Positions 27,906 through 41,620 are shown, counted from the first letter of the stretch. The stretch: DNA of 64,000 nt from the human T2T-CHM13v2.0 reference genome, Homo sapiens (GCF_009914755.1 NC_060933.1), one strand, 5' to 3'. The notes: generated by a model from the sequence alone, not told the origin. Translations and numbers: made by a program.

Positions 27906-27931
27906 ACATGGGCCACAGGAGCTGGAACATG
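27906..27931 (+). repeat. 26-bp exact dispersed copy of 26935-26960
   Basis: acatgggccacaggagctggaacatg occurs at both positions. Confidence 0.95.
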
Positions 27932-28504
27932 CAACAGTTTGCAATAATAAAGCCATAGTTCTGAGACTTTAATATGTTTACAGTTGTTTTGGTCATTTCT
28001 ATAGCCTCTGCTATTTTTGTTTCTCTGTATTACTACACAGCCTTTGGTAAAGCTGGAAGCAAAGAGGTTAGCCATCCTCTAATGGACAGAGCATGGTGAA
28101 CATGTAATGTACATTATAAGATATGCTATCATTCCAAGGTACCCTGGCACGCATCCTTTCTCTTTCACTTGCTCTCACTCTTAGTCTTGCTGTCTCACTT
28201 GCTCTCCTACCATAGGGTGGTAGAAGGGCTATATTCCCAGGGTTCCTTTGGAAAAAGTAAAATTTCCTATTTGGGTTTTAGCTTAAGAGTCCCCCCTCTG
28301 CAAAACTATTTTAGCTCAAGAATCACAGCAATCTGAAGGTAGCAATTTGGGATTTGATGATTTAACCATTTTACTCAGTCATTTGTATTGTTCTCAGATT
28401 TGTAAAACTTGCCTCCTTTGGCTAAAACCTCTCCTTATCAACAGTTGATTATAGCAAATGTACAAGAAGTTTACAAGATTCAAGGGCTTTGGGATGCTGT
28501 GGAA

Positions 28505-28702
28505 GCAGGGTAGTGTAGTGGACAACTGGCCTTACTAGGACCTTTGCAAGCTAATAATTGCCTCTCAGCCTCTATTTTATCATCTGTGAAATGAGGATAA
28601 TTACAACCAATCATCAGGTTTCTGTGGAGATTAAAGTAAATATATATTTATTGCTAATTTAGCACAGTGTCTTGGACAAAGTATTAATGGTAGCATTATT
28701 AT
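28505..28702 (+). mobile_element. MIR
   Basis: ctctcagcctctattttatcatctgtgaaatgaggataat...gagattaaa...ttagcacagtgtc. Confidence 0.8.
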
Positions 28703-29979
28703 GTTGTTCTGGTAAAGTTGCAGATGGAGAGAAGTATACTGATGCCGTGTTGAGGACCACAGACAGATAGGCAAAGCCAGATTGAAAATGATCTCGAGAA
28801 CTGGTCTTCCATTGTCTTTATTTTCCTATTTTCTCTCATACGTCTTGGGAAAAAAGATCCAGTATTTCTTCTCTCCTGAGATCCAATATGATACTGATGA
28901 AAAGAAATTTTAAAAAATCATTATCAACCTGAAAACAGCACTCTGTGAGGCCAACATTTATTGGAGCTTTCCCAGTAAATTAGTATTTCCCTTGACCCAC
29001 TCCCCATTATCCCCTAACCTTTCACCAGCTTCACTGTTGTTTTGTTATTAACAACAAAGCCTTGTTCACGGATAAAGCAGATATAGGCTTGGTCTTAATT
29101 GACTTGTTTAACCTTCACCTAAAGCTATTGCTCTTTGTAACCCAAGGCATTTCTAATATTTGAACAGGAAAAGTTTCAAGTGATATTGTCTTAAAATGGA
29201 CCCTCTATCACCAATAAGCTAGCTAGCTGGCTAGCATAGAGTAGCATCATAACTAAGCTTATATTCCTGACCAAGGTCACCACATCTAATTAGTCCTGTA
29301 ACCAATAAAATGTTACAAATGAAGATACTTTAAATATAAATCTAAATAATAATTTCAAATGGTAATGTTTCAAGTTCCATTAAAAGAGCATAAATATACC
29401 TTATGCATAGATTATTCAAGTAGCCTTTATGAATGACAAGGCATGCATATAACACATAAGATTACAAACTATGCCATAAATCTAGCCTACCTCAAATTAA
29501 TATACTTGCTATGAAAAATGTTAACATTTAAGTCACAATTTTAATTTAGTTTCCTTTGGAGGCATTATTTGAATGATCAAAACTAGTTTTAAAAGCTATC
29601 AAATAAAGCTTGACCATTTTTTTTAATAAAATACATTTTGCTTTGGCAAGTAGGATTTGGAATCATTTCATTGGCCTTTAAGCTGCACTCAAATTTGATA
29701 TGTTGATCTGTTTTTTTGGTTTTTTTTTTTTTTTGCCATTGAGATATCTAAATATTTCAAGGGCTCTCCAAGGATTTTCATTGTGAGAATTTGAAGAGCA
29801 GCAGACTCTTAAATTCTGGCCCTGCTGTTTATCTTCATTTTCTCTTCTCTCAGCAACTATAAGGGCAGAATGGGAACAAGAAAGAATTCACAGAAAGGTC
29901 TCTTAAGCAATAGGGAAGATGGGATTGGAGAAGGGTAGTCATACCTCTTTGCCCTTGAGGTGTGAAGTATTTATTGGCT

Positions 29980-30305
29980 GATATGTGTGTATGTCTCTGT
30001 GTGTGTGTACATACACACTTATACACATATATGCATACACATATATACATGACACATCATGTGATATATGTACGTGTATGTATGTGCATATATATACACA
30101 TGAGTATGTGTGTGTATACACATGAGTATATGTGTATATGAGTATATGTGTGTATACACATGCATATACTCATGTGTATATGAGTATATGTGTGTATACA
30201 CATGCACATAAATACACACACACACGATATGTCATGTATATATGTGTATATGTATATATGTGAGTGTATGTGTGTATGTGCATACACACACATATTATAT
30301 ATATA
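29980..30305. repeat. Compound (TA/TG/CA)n alternating purine-pyrimidine microsatellite
   Basis: About 325 bp of tatg, taca and tgtg units with repeated atgagtatatgtgtgtatacac. Confidence 0.95.
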
Positions 30306-30449
30306 GATCAGCCTCAGAGTTTCAGATCTTTTTAAAGCCCATCTGACAAAGTTGCTGTCTTTTTCAGATTTAATTGTCTTCTGGTTTGGTATTATGCTGC
30401 AGAAACTTTATAAGCAGAAGTCACTGAAAAGAAAATAAATTATACGAGA

Positions 30450-30670
30450 TGAGTTAATCCTAATTCTATCATTTATGAATTCTGTAAACTTGAGATTATT
30501 AATCTATTTGGGCATTAATGTCCTCATCTATAAAATGGAACTCTTAATACCCATCAACTCTTTAAGATTGGGATGAGGATTACTTGATGTAATGCATAAA
30601 AAGTACATAGCACAAAATCTGGTTATGACAGATAAATGCCCAAAAGAAGTAGTTATGGTTATTTTTTTCT
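30450..30670 (+). mobile_element. MIR
   Basis: tcctcatctataaaatggaa...gggatgaggatta...gtacatagcacaaaatctgg. Confidence 0.75.
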
Positions 30671-31423
30671 ATTATTCCTTTCAATATTAATAATACTGTT
30701 AAATAAGTTGAATTTATTCAAATATTGACTAAAAGGGACTATTTTATAGGTTAAATATTTACCTATGTTACTCAAGTTTCTTGAAACTATTCGCACAGTG
30801 TAATTACTGTTTATAAATATATTTTTAATTTGGGTCCTAATTTGATTTTTTTTCCTAAGCAATTATTCTTGTCCACAGTGATAAAGACGAGCAAACTGAG
30901 TGTGGATGTCAGAAAAGAAGCCATTGGAACTGAATCTTTTCAGTTTTTGTCTCTAACTCAACCTTGAAAAACTTCTGGGAAAGGCCAGGAAGGTTTAAAA
31001 AAGTAAAAGGGAGACTTTCCGGAAGTTGGCTAAAGAGGGTCTGGAAAGAATTGTAGTCTCACTCTTTCTGATGCTTATTAAAACACAACAAAATCCATAT
31101 TTCTACTTTGATCTTGACTCAAGAGAATGTTATGAAATTGGCACCAAATTGATTAAGTCAACCCTATATTTGTCCACTTAGGTGTATCTTAAAGGCAGGT
31201 AGGAAGGTGGAAGAGGAACGATTAGATGCTGTCTCTTCTGAAAGTGTAATATCAACTAGATATTGGAAAGAAAATACAGCATATGCTGTGGCATTATCAG
31301 TCAATGTCCATCTAGTTATAAGAGCCTCAAGAACTTGGTATTCTGTTTGACTTCAAACATGTAAAAGGCTCAAGTCATTCAACTTGGTATAATGTTTTCT
31401 GAGGACTTGGTCAGATCATTTTC

Positions 31424-31489
31424 TTGCCTCAAATATTTAATTCAACCATTTGCCTCAAATATTTAATTCAACCATTTAATTCAACCATT
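31424..31489 (+). repeat. Nested tandem micro-duplication (26 bp x2 plus an extra 14 bp)
   Basis: ttgcctcaaatatttaattcaaccat x2, then ttaattcaaccatt. Confidence 0.92.
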
Positions 31490-33584
31490 AATGAACTCCG
31501 CTCCTTGCCAACTCCAAAGTAGTTTGAACACTCAGTTATCCTTAATCATACGTTGTATGTCGTCTTTGGCCTTCTGCACAGGCAGATGGGAATTTAGGGG
31601 GATATTCCATGAAAATACTGCAAGAAGTCTTGACTGTTTCACAATAGGCTGCTTTTTAGAATACTCATGCCCTATGTCAATATAAATATTAGAAGACTTA
31701 GAAGAGTTTGTAATCTTTTGGCCTCTAGTTAAATTATTATTTTAACCCTCCCTTTTCCCGAGTATCACTGACAGATCATTTTAGTTCACGTGGTTTATTT
31801 TTCTTATTTTCTTAAAGACTTTCCCACTTTATTAGAAAAGCAAGCCAAACAAAACGGTACAAAGCATAACTCAACTCAAAAACAACAATAACAACCAATA
31901 ATGTATAACCCAGACTCCCTGCTTTATTGGAGTTGTGGCTTTTAATTTCTTATCTTAGAAAAATCTCAGCACTATTGCCTGAGTATAGACTTCTGTAAAA
32001 GCTCTAGGCTTACTGTGAGCAGGATTTTTCTTTTAACAAGGAAAGGAGATTACAGGAAAGAATACCAGTTGGAGGAAAGAATAGTTGGAGAAATGTTTTA
32101 ACCTAATTTGCATATGAATAATTCCCAAGGATGTTATTTAGGTATAAGAGTATTGCAACTTCTCCAAAGTGGAAATGATTCCAAAAAAGGAAGTATAATT
32201 TTTATAGAATGTGTTTGAGAGAGTGTAAAATGGGAAGGGAAAGATAAAGAGGCCGATTCCTTTACAAATGTTAGATGCGTGGATAGTAAACACATTAGTA
32301 GCATTTCTGTATTTTGTTTTTGTTCAGTCCTACATAGTGCTGTTTTGGAAGCATAGTGTTTTTCTCATGATGCTGTCAGTCTCAGTTCAAACCTTTACAT
32401 CCCAGATTGCTTGTCTCACATTGGCTATGTATTAAAATTGCTTTATGTCCAACACTCCGTGCAATTTAGAGAGATTTTCATTGTGGAACAAACTTGAAAA
32501 AAAAAATATTTCTATGAAAAGCAATTTGCTTTGCTAGGCTTTGCCTGTATTCCCAGTGCAATTACTGTAGATTATATGAGTTTGAAAATGAGCTTTCTTC
32601 TTTGCAACCCACTCTCTCCCTCTGTTTGATTCTCTTGTGAAGTCATAATCCTCTGTTTGCGCAGTAAGCCTGTTGCCATGGAGATTAATGTGATGTTACA
32701 AATTTACTATTATTTATGACTTCATTGTAGGATGGATCTGAATGAGAAATTAATCTCTGACTTCTTCACCAAATATTTGGTAAGCCGTATGAGAACAGGT
32801 GAAAGCATTTCAGTTTTCATTTCTTAATTGGGAGGTGAAAGTTGCTTTCACTGATGAAAAATGCAAATGTTAAGGAAATAATAATTTTTAGAAAATGTTA
32901 AATATTTTTGAAGAGGAGCTGAAATGTGAGACATTAGGATAAATTTTATATTCTGTCTTAAAAATATCTACTGAGAGCCACAAGGGTCCTCCACCTTGAG
33001 AAACCTGGCTTGTCAGTGTCATTCTCTGAACAAGTTTCTCCTTGGTACCGCCATGTTTACTTTCTTTGCAAAGAAAAGCTAAACAGTGAGCACTCTGGTG
33101 CATAAGCCCCTCAACCATTGAGATATTGAATTCTGATCTTTAATAAACCAACATTGATTTACTTCACTGCTTCTGTTTGCTTAGTTAAGCTCCATTGGCA
33201 TAGGAAAAGGCACACATAATTTAATCAAATTGCTTTTTTTCATTTGATTTTTTATTAGTGTGCAAAGTAGGCTCTAAGCATTCAGAATTTATTTTTACCA
33301 GTAAAATATCTTTCTTCTCTCTTGGAAGAGAAGTTTGAAATTACAGTTAATTTTACCCCTCACTCCTGATATGTACAAGATAAATGAAATACAACAGAAG
33401 ATCTTATGTTTTAATGTCAAATTCTCTTTTTTGACATCAGTGTTGACTCTTAAAGAATCCAGTATAACATCCAAGCAGGATTGAGCTTTGAGATTTTCAG
33501 ATTTCAGATGCCAATGAACAAGTCAATATATTAATGTTTTTAATTAAGGAACATTTTGTTTTGTTAGAACTGAAATGTTTCTGA

Positions 33585-33720
33585 TCATCTTGTTTAGCCA
33601 GTTAATAGATGAAAAAACTGAGACTTAGAAAGGTGAAGTCATTTGCCAAAGGTCATAAAGCTAATTGGTTGGCAGTTTGGGAATAGAATCCAGGAATCTC
33701 GAGATTTCAAGTCTACATTA
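33585..33720 (-). mobile_element. MIR
   Basis: agatgaaaaaactgagacttagaaaggtgaagtcatttgccaaaggtcataaagcta. Confidence 0.82.
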
Positions 33721-34094
33721 TCAATGCCACTGGAAAACTTTACTCATATTTCTTTAGAATTTATCTTAAAATAGATTACACTCATTTTTCTAAATATAAA
33801 GGTTAATATTAATCATATTTTTCATATCTAACCTTTTTTTGAGACAGAGAGTGTTTAGACTGTCCAAATAAAGGTGTTATTTCTGTGAGAAGGAAGTTGG
33901 TGAATTATTTTAGAATGTGAGTGGGATTCACGAAATAGCTTGTGATGTTGCACTTCTAGAGGCCTAGAAGCACATAGACTTGCCAACTTTACTAGAGAAC
34001 GACAAGGTCAAAAAACTGTTAATTCTGTTTTTCTGCACAACACATTTGTTTCTTCTGACACCTTTTGGGCAAGGTTAAAAAATACAGGAGTAAC

Positions 34095-34401
<307 letters not shown>

Positions 34402-34402
34402 C

Positions 34403-34679
34403 AACCAGGTGCAGTGGCTCATGCCTGTAATTCCAGCACTTTGGGAGGTGGAGGGAGGCGGATCACGAGGTCAGGAGTTTGAGACCAGCTTGGCCAATAT
34501 GGTGAAACCCCGTCTCTACTAGCCAGGCGTGGTGGGGGGCACCTGTAGTCCCATCTACTCAGGAGGCTGAGGCAGAAGGATCGCTTGAACCCAGGACGTG
34601 GAGCTTGCTGTGAGCTGAGAATGTGCCACTGCACCAGCCTGGGTGACAGAGTAAGACTCCATCTCAAAAAAAAAAAAAA
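34403..34679 (+). mobile_element. Alu (AluSg-like) lacking the middle A-rich linker
   Basis: gtctctact joined directly to agccaggcgtgg; immediately follows the previous Alu tail; (TA/TACA)n follows to 34728. Confidence 0.96.
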
Positions 34680-34839
34680 TCTATATCTATATACATACAC
34701 ATATACATACGTATGTACATATATATATGAGTAGCACTTCCGCTTTATGAAATTAGTCTAACCAAGTGTTGTAATTTTTATATATACAATTATTCTGCAT
34801 CATTCTGAAACTAGAGGTATTCTTCCATTAATAGGGTAT

Positions 34840-35090
34840 ATTCTTATCTCTTAAAGTCGAAGAATGGGGAAGAGATTTTCTCTCTTGCCTGATGCAGACA
34901 GGAAATGTTTTTCCTACCTCCTTACCATGTGGATAAGTAAGCTTGGGTTGATGGATGCCATCCTATATGGATACATAAAGAGAATCTAGGACCCTGATGA
35001 ACGCATTGAACTGCTAAGTCAAACAGCCCTAGAACCTGAACTATTCTTGGACATTTATATGCAATAATAAATATCCTTAATACTAGCCAA
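34840..35090 (+). mobile_element. Old MLT1-like LTR fragment
   Basis: ggaccctgatgaacgcattgaactgct...ttggacatttatatgcaataataaatatcctt. Confidence 0.5.
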
Positions 35091-35094
35091 TTTT

Positions 35095-35616
35095 TGTGCT
35101 TCCCAGATCTACTTGGTTCCATCTGCCTCCCAGCCCTCAACCATTATTCTGATTCTTGGCCAGAATGAGAGCCAGGCTATAGCAAAAGTTTTACTATGTC
35201 TTCCACGTCTGGAGCTGTGGCAGCCCTAGTATGTAGGTTCAACCAAACTGGACTCACTGAAGCTCTGGCTTCCTCTCCATTATCTGACTAGAAGGGCTAA
35301 TGACACAACCCAGTTATGAGAAGGAGTTAGACAAAAAACATAAAAGAGCTGGCTGAAAAACTACTGGCCTGTATCCCCTCTACAGACTGCTTAAGAGATA
35401 TAGTGGTTCCATATAGCAAACATCATATGTGATTAAGTAAATCAGTTGTGTTTTTATAAGGCTGTGGCTAATTGGGTAATGCATTACCTTATAATGATCT
35501 TTCTGCCTCATTCCCTCACTCTCGTTTTCCCAGGATTATACCTCCCAACTTCAATAAAATGTTAAGCAGATAAACTTTACCTCAGGTGCTGTTTTCTAAG
35601 AAACTTAGGCTAAAGA
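35095..35616 (+). mobile_element. ERVL-class (LTR16-like) LTR
   Basis: Ends aataaaatgttaagc...cctcaggtgctgttttctaagaaacttaggctaaaga and is followed by ERVL internal-like sequence. Confidence 0.65.
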
Positions 35617-36123
35617 TTCCCATCAAACCGTGATATCAAGAGAGGTCCTAGAAAGCACACTCTCAGGATACTAAATTGCCTGCATAGCAGAGAACAATAG
35701 GGACCTAAATGTTATTGCTGTGGGGAGTAGCCATAATCTGTGTCATACCTGGCCTTACAGTTACTAAAATTTCATTGTTGGTGAATTAGGATGAGGTGCA
35801 GATAAAGGCAAACCATTGGAAATAAAATGGCTACTGCATTTGATAGGAAGGCAGAAGAAATAATGTGAGAATTGTGGCATGAGATGGTTGTTTTTGATGG
35901 CATTGGGGAACTTGCAAAAAAGTGATACACTCATGTCAAATAATTAATTATATAAGGTATGCCACGAATGCCAGGAGACTTCTGTAGTAGTCCTAAGGAA
36001 GACTGAAAAACAAAAACTAAACCAAAACAAAAAGCCAGCAGGCTTAGGGTCTTACTATAAATATGACAGACAACTGTAAGGAAGACAAAATAAATATCAC
36101 ATCTCCAAAGTCAGGGCCCTGAT

Positions 36124-37031
36124 CCAACAAGTATATGAAAAGATGCTCAACATCACTGATCATCAGAAAAATGCAAATCAAAACCACAATGAGATATCAT
36201 CTCACCCCAGTTAAAATGACTTTTGTGCAAAAGACAGGCAATAACAAATGCTGGTGAGGATGTGGAGAAAAGGGAACCCTCATACACTGTTGGTGGGATA
36301 TTGGTACAACCACTGTGGAAAATGGTTTGGAGGTTCCTCAGAAAACTAAAAATATAGCTACCATATGATCCAGCAATCCCACTGCTGGGTATATACACAA
36401 AAGGAAATCAGTATATGGAAGAGATATTTTCATTCCCATGTTTGTTCCAGCACTATTCACAATAGCTAAGATATGGAAGCAAGCTAAATGTCCCCCAACC
36501 AACAAATAGATAAATAAAATGTTGTTACATATACACAGTGGAGTACTCTTCAGCCATAAAAAAATGAGATCCTGTAATTTGCAACAACGTGGATGGAACT
36601 GGAGGTTATTATGTTGAGTAAAGTAAGCCAGGCACAGAAAGACAAATATCACATGTTCTCACTTATTTGTGGGAACTAAAAATTAAAACAGTTAAACTCA
36701 TGGAGATTAGTGGAATGATGGTTACCAGGGGCTGGAAAGGGTAGTGGGGTTGGAAGAGAAGTGGGGATGGTTAATGAGTACAAAAATATAGTTAACTAGA
36801 ATGAATAAGTACAACATAACAGGGTGACCACAGTCAGTAATAATTTATTGTATACTGTATAATAACTAAAAGTGTATAATTGGATTATTTGTAACAAAGG
36901 ATAAACGCTTGAGGTGATGGATACTCCATTTATCCTGATGTGATTATTATGCATAGTATGCCTGTATCAGGATATCTCATATGCCCCATAAAGATACACA
37001 TCTACTACATACATACAATAATTTTTTTTTG
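36124..37031 (+). mobile_element. L1MA (about MA4-5) 3' end
   Basis: ORF2 C-terminus plus 3'UTR; 17-bp TSD aaagt(c/g)agggccctgat at 36107-36123 and 37032-37048. Confidence 0.93.
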
Positions 37032-37344
37032 AAAGTGAGGGCCCTGATAAGGAAAGAGTAGGACACCAAGGCCGGTGATGGAGATATTTAAGTGGGTGAA
37101 CCTAAGAATTTTGAACACTTCCATTACCTTGAATCTCTCAAGAGTATCAGAAGTAGGCCTTTTTCTCTTCATAAAGAAAGATGGTCTTATCGTGATTGGA
37201 CTCTGCAATGTTTTTACATAAAGCAGTTTCCTGGCAGATGATGTTTGTTTTTACTGTCCATTACTACTAGGACATCCAGGTAGATAATCAAAGTCATTAC
37301 TATAACTAATGTGCATAAGGAGGGAGCAGGGGTGGGGACTTGGA

Positions 37345-37622
37345 AAGAGTAGATCCCAGTGGGCCAACTGGACCCACTGAAATTCTGGCTTCTCTTCCCA
37401 GTGGCTGTTCAGAGGAGCAAATAACACAATCCAGAAATGAGAAGTAGCTTATTCACCATGGAGTGAACTTTGACCAATGAAGGACAGTAGATGGCAAATA
37501 AACTGCTGACCTATTCTCCGAAAGATGGATTGCTTAAGTTACAGTGGTTTTCTATAGCAAACATCCTGTGCAACTGAGAAAACCAGCTCTGTTTTCCTGA
37601 ACACCTCTGGCTATCTGAGTGT
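37345..37622 (+). mobile_element. Second partial LTR16-like segment
   Basis: Colinear similarity to 35240-35480 (aactggac(t/c)cactgaa..ctggcttc; ac(a)caa.ccag..atgagaag; cagtggtt..tatagcaaacatc). Confidence 0.7.
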
Positions 37623-39569
37623 TAAACTTGCGGGATGGGAGAAGGTAGATGTTCTGGCAAAGATCTCTGGAGCTGATTATAATAATTTGTTGTGATGGTT
37701 CCTTGAATCTTGAAAGCAACAATGGTTACCATTAAACAAGGGTGGACATACCAGAATGTCCTTGACATGGTATGAAGGAAGGAATCAGAAAACTCAGAGA
37801 AATGAGAATGTATCTGTGCATTACTATGTCATATCTGAGAATCTATCACATGACTATGTACCCTGGGGGTGGGGCTGGGGACACTACCTTCACTTAGGCA
37901 ATAAAGAATGCACTCATATAGAGAGCAACAGAATCTTTGAGAAACTTTGTGATGGTTTTCTTCTGCAGTCTGGATGTGTTAGTTAGAAATGGTGCCATGA
38001 TCCAAGGCTCCATAATATCAATGGAGATGATGAGATTCTAAAACAAAATAGTCTAAGTGGCAGCCCTTAACCATCAGATGCAAAATATATGTATTTACCA
38101 TAATGAACAGCAAAAGCAGAGTGACAGTAACAGTGTCTTTGCCCACAGGAACCTATGGTAATGAGTAATAGATCATGATTATGTCCTTGGGTGGGATATA
38201 TGGTTAGTGAATAGAATATGGCTCAACTTTTATAATAATAGTAATGATAACAGTAAGAACCCTGTAAAGTGATGAGCAGAAGGCTGACCCCCACTGGCAC
38301 AGTAGAAAATTGTGATTCTTCATTCTGTTTTTAGATACATATCAGTTCACTGGCTCATAGTGAACTATGGTTCATTGACTGAAGGGGAAACTGGGTTTCC
38401 TTGATTATTGTGAGGACTGAAAGAAGCCACACACTAAACGGTATTATCTAGATCCAATGGGTTTGAAAATTCATTCTTTATTATTTCTCCAATTATTTGC
38501 AATACCAGCTCTGTTTCTAGTATTACATTTCCTAGTAGAAATTTTCTCTTATTTTCTGTTTGTCTATTTGATCAATCTTACATGAATAATAAATGTTTAT
38601 TTTCTGTAGTTTTATTGCAATCCTTGGTATCTGGGGAGGGTCAGTTCCTCTACCATGTTTTTCTTCTTCAATAGTATTTCTATAGTATTGCTAAAAGTTC
38701 TGTCTACCAAATCAACTTAGTCATTTTTTAAACTTTTTTCCTTAGTCATTCTTCTCTTGTATAGCTTTAAATATATTAAACAAACTTATTTTTATATTAT
38801 GAGCCTCATATTTTCAATTTCTGGAGTCTTATTTGCTCTGGCTCTCTCTTTTTGTGCCTTCTTGTGAGTTTTGAGATTTTTTTACTTCAAGTTCCTGTTC
38901 AATGGAACTCAACATTAATTCTCTGAGGTATTCTTGAAGATACATTCATCCAGAGGATTTTCTTCTGCCAGCAGCATGGGGCTACCAATCATTCAGGATG
39001 AATTTCATATAAATCTTGGTTTAAAGATTTTGGAAGTGTCCTGGAGATATGAATGGCTCATGATTACAAATTCTCAAAGGTGATTTTAACATTATCCAGT
39101 TCAAAGGTTGCAAATGGAAATTTTTCTTGTCTTTTTGTAAGGGTCTCATTTATTTCTAGTCCAGTGCTACACCATAAGTATAACTCTTTGAGATACCTGT
39201 TTATGCAAAGGTGTCTTTTTAGAACTGCCATCTTCAGTGGGTCCTGGACTTTGTCTCCTATTCCCAGTGCTCTACTTATTCATCAAGACATAAGCTCAAT
39301 ATGCCCAGGATTGGGTACATGTCCTTGGGGTGAAAACTGGTTTGCTTTCCTGTCTCTCCAGATTCAGACTTGACTTTATCATTGGCTTGTAAACTTTCCT
39401 GAACTTTCTTGTCAACTCAGTAATTTAAAATGTCTTTTCCTCCTTCCTTTTGTCTTCTTGCATTTGTTTTATTGTTTCTATGGTTTTCAGCAGGAGGGTC
39501 TATCAGAAGGTGTAGTCTAGTGTATTTCAAAGTAGAAATCTTTATGAGACCAACCTTTAAGAGATAGCG

Positions 39570-39790
39570 CAGGATAACTCCAAGGTTATAGACACATCAT
39601 TGGCTCTGCTACTTACTGTCAGATTGGCCTGAACATGTGATCCAAACTCTAGGCAATTCTGTTTCCTTCTCTGTAAAATATTTTTGTGTGTCAGGATTAT
39701 TGTCAGGATTAAATGAGATTGTGGAATTTAAAGCTCTAAGTAATGGACTGACACATATAAGGCTGTCATAAATTATTATAAAATTGTGTG
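39570..39790 (+). mobile_element. MIR
   Basis: ggctctgctacttact...ctgtttccttctctgtaaaat...aggattaaatgaga. Confidence 0.8.
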
Positions 39791-40465
39791 ATGAATTCTA
39801 TACCTTCCCAAATCCATATCTTTAAGAATTCTTATATGAATCACACAAATATAAAGAGATAATCAAGTAAAGTATTCCATAATTGTAAAACATCAATACC
39901 AGCATATGGGAAAATAATGGTTTATCTTTAAAATATCAGTTATTAAACTGGACCGTGGGAAAAAGCTTCCACAATAAATACACATTTAAGAAAAGCAGTC
40001 TAATTTGAGGACATATCCTTTGGCTATGACAACTCTGAAACAGAGAAGCACTTGCCTTCTGTTTAAAAATATACAAATATTCTAAATCTCACAAGCATCC
40101 GATAGCTGTGTAATGAGATATGAGCAGAGATTAACAGCAGTGGCTATAGAGATCCCATCCAGAAAAATGGTTACTTTGGTAAATTCTCACTAGTACCATC
40201 TGTGTGGAACACCGAGCACAATTTCAGTGCACTCTGATATTTTAGCCTCCAGATTGTTTAAAAATATTTGCTTACTAAATTTATTATTTCAATAAATTCT
40301 CTACCCTATTTTTTTTCTATTTGGAATTTAAAACATTTTAATGATCTCAGATTAATTTTAGAGCAGGTAATATGTTGGTAACTGAAAAATACACAATTAG
40401 GAGAAAATTGTTTTGATTTTCCAGTCATGATAGAAAATTCAATGGTGTCAACATAAAACAATTAT

Positions 40466-40866
40466 TGTGTTTATTAATTTTAGATGCCAACTTAACTAGA
40501 CCACAGGGAGCCCAGATATTTGGTTAAACATTTTTTGGGGGGATGTGTCTGTAAGAGTGTCTCTGGAAAAAATGTAGCTTTTGAATTGGTAGACTAAGTA
40601 AAACAGATTACCCTCTCTAATGTGGGTCTGCATTGTCCAATCCATTGAGGGCCTGAATAGAACAAAAATGTGGAGGAAGGGAGAATTTGCTCACTCTCTG
40701 CCTATTTGAGCTGGGATATCAGTCTTCTCCTGCCCTCAGACTCGAACTTACACGATTGACTCCCTTGGACTTGGAAGGGAAACACATCTGGGTCTCCAGC
40801 TTGCAGATGGTACATGTTGGGACTTCTCAGTCTCCAGAATCTCGTGAGCCAATTCCTGATAATAAA

Positions 40867-40897
<31 letters not shown>

Positions 40898-40938
40898 CTC
40901 CTATTGGAAATGTTTCTCGGAAAACCCTGATTAATATA
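40466..40938 (+). mobile_element. MLT2 (ERVL) solo LTR with internal (TG)n
   Basis: cccagatatttggttaaaca...ccaatccattgagggcctgaatagaacaaaa...aaccctgattaatata; TSD attat/attac. Confidence 0.92.
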
Positions 40939-41464
40939 ATTACATATGTATGTAGAATGCAAATTTTAAAATTTAGAATTATCTAAGAAAAAACGTAGCT
41001 GGATGACTATTGGTTTCTTTACATTCATATTTCTAACGCTAGTGAAAGTTAAAATTTGGCTCATAATCAGAATGACCTATTCACACATCTATTTTCTGAG
41101 AATATGCAGAAGAAATCTTAGTTGGAAAAGATGTTCCTAGCTACCTTTGCTGGTTTCTACATTAACAGTGTATCAGAGTTGTTTTATCAGCTTGATTTCC
41201 CACTTAGAAATTAATGTGCGTTTAATGTATCATTATGAGTAGGTCTCTTATATTTCAAGAAACATGTTTAACTTTCAGAATACCATTATCTTTTAATATA
41301 TAGTGGTCCCCAAGTGCACAAAATCCGTATTATTTTTACCAATGCTAATGAATGCAAAGAAGCTGTCATATATAATTAGTCTTTCTTTTTCTGGAAGTAA
41401 AAACTAATATTAAGGAGCAAGTATTTATTGAACTAATGACAATAATAAAAATGACAATAAATAT

Positions 41465-41620
41465 AAATAAGTTGGTAATAGTTATTAAGAACTTACTAGA
41501 TATCCGATACTTCGCTAAGTGGCATCTATATTACCTCATTTAAAACAACTTCCTGTGAAGTAGATGTTGCCATATCATAGGTGAGGAAAACTAAAGCTTA
41601 CTGAAGTTAAGTTTATGTAA
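41465..41620 (-). mobile_element. MIR
   Basis: cctcatttaaaacaacttcctgtgaagtag...taggtgaggaaaactaaagctt. Confidence 0.7.

Larger units (their letters stand above)
35617..38405 (+). mobile_element. Decayed ERVL-type internal (gag) sequence, interrupted by L1MA and a second LTR piece
   Basis: gaggtcctagaaagcacactctcagga; aaagtgagggccctgataaggaaagagtaggac; gaaggaatcagaaaactcagagaaatg; gtggcagcccttaaccatcaga. Confidence 0.7.

Noticed and set aside
29850-30293. His/Tyr/Cys/Ile-rich ORFs
   Set aside because: Translations of the microsatellite.
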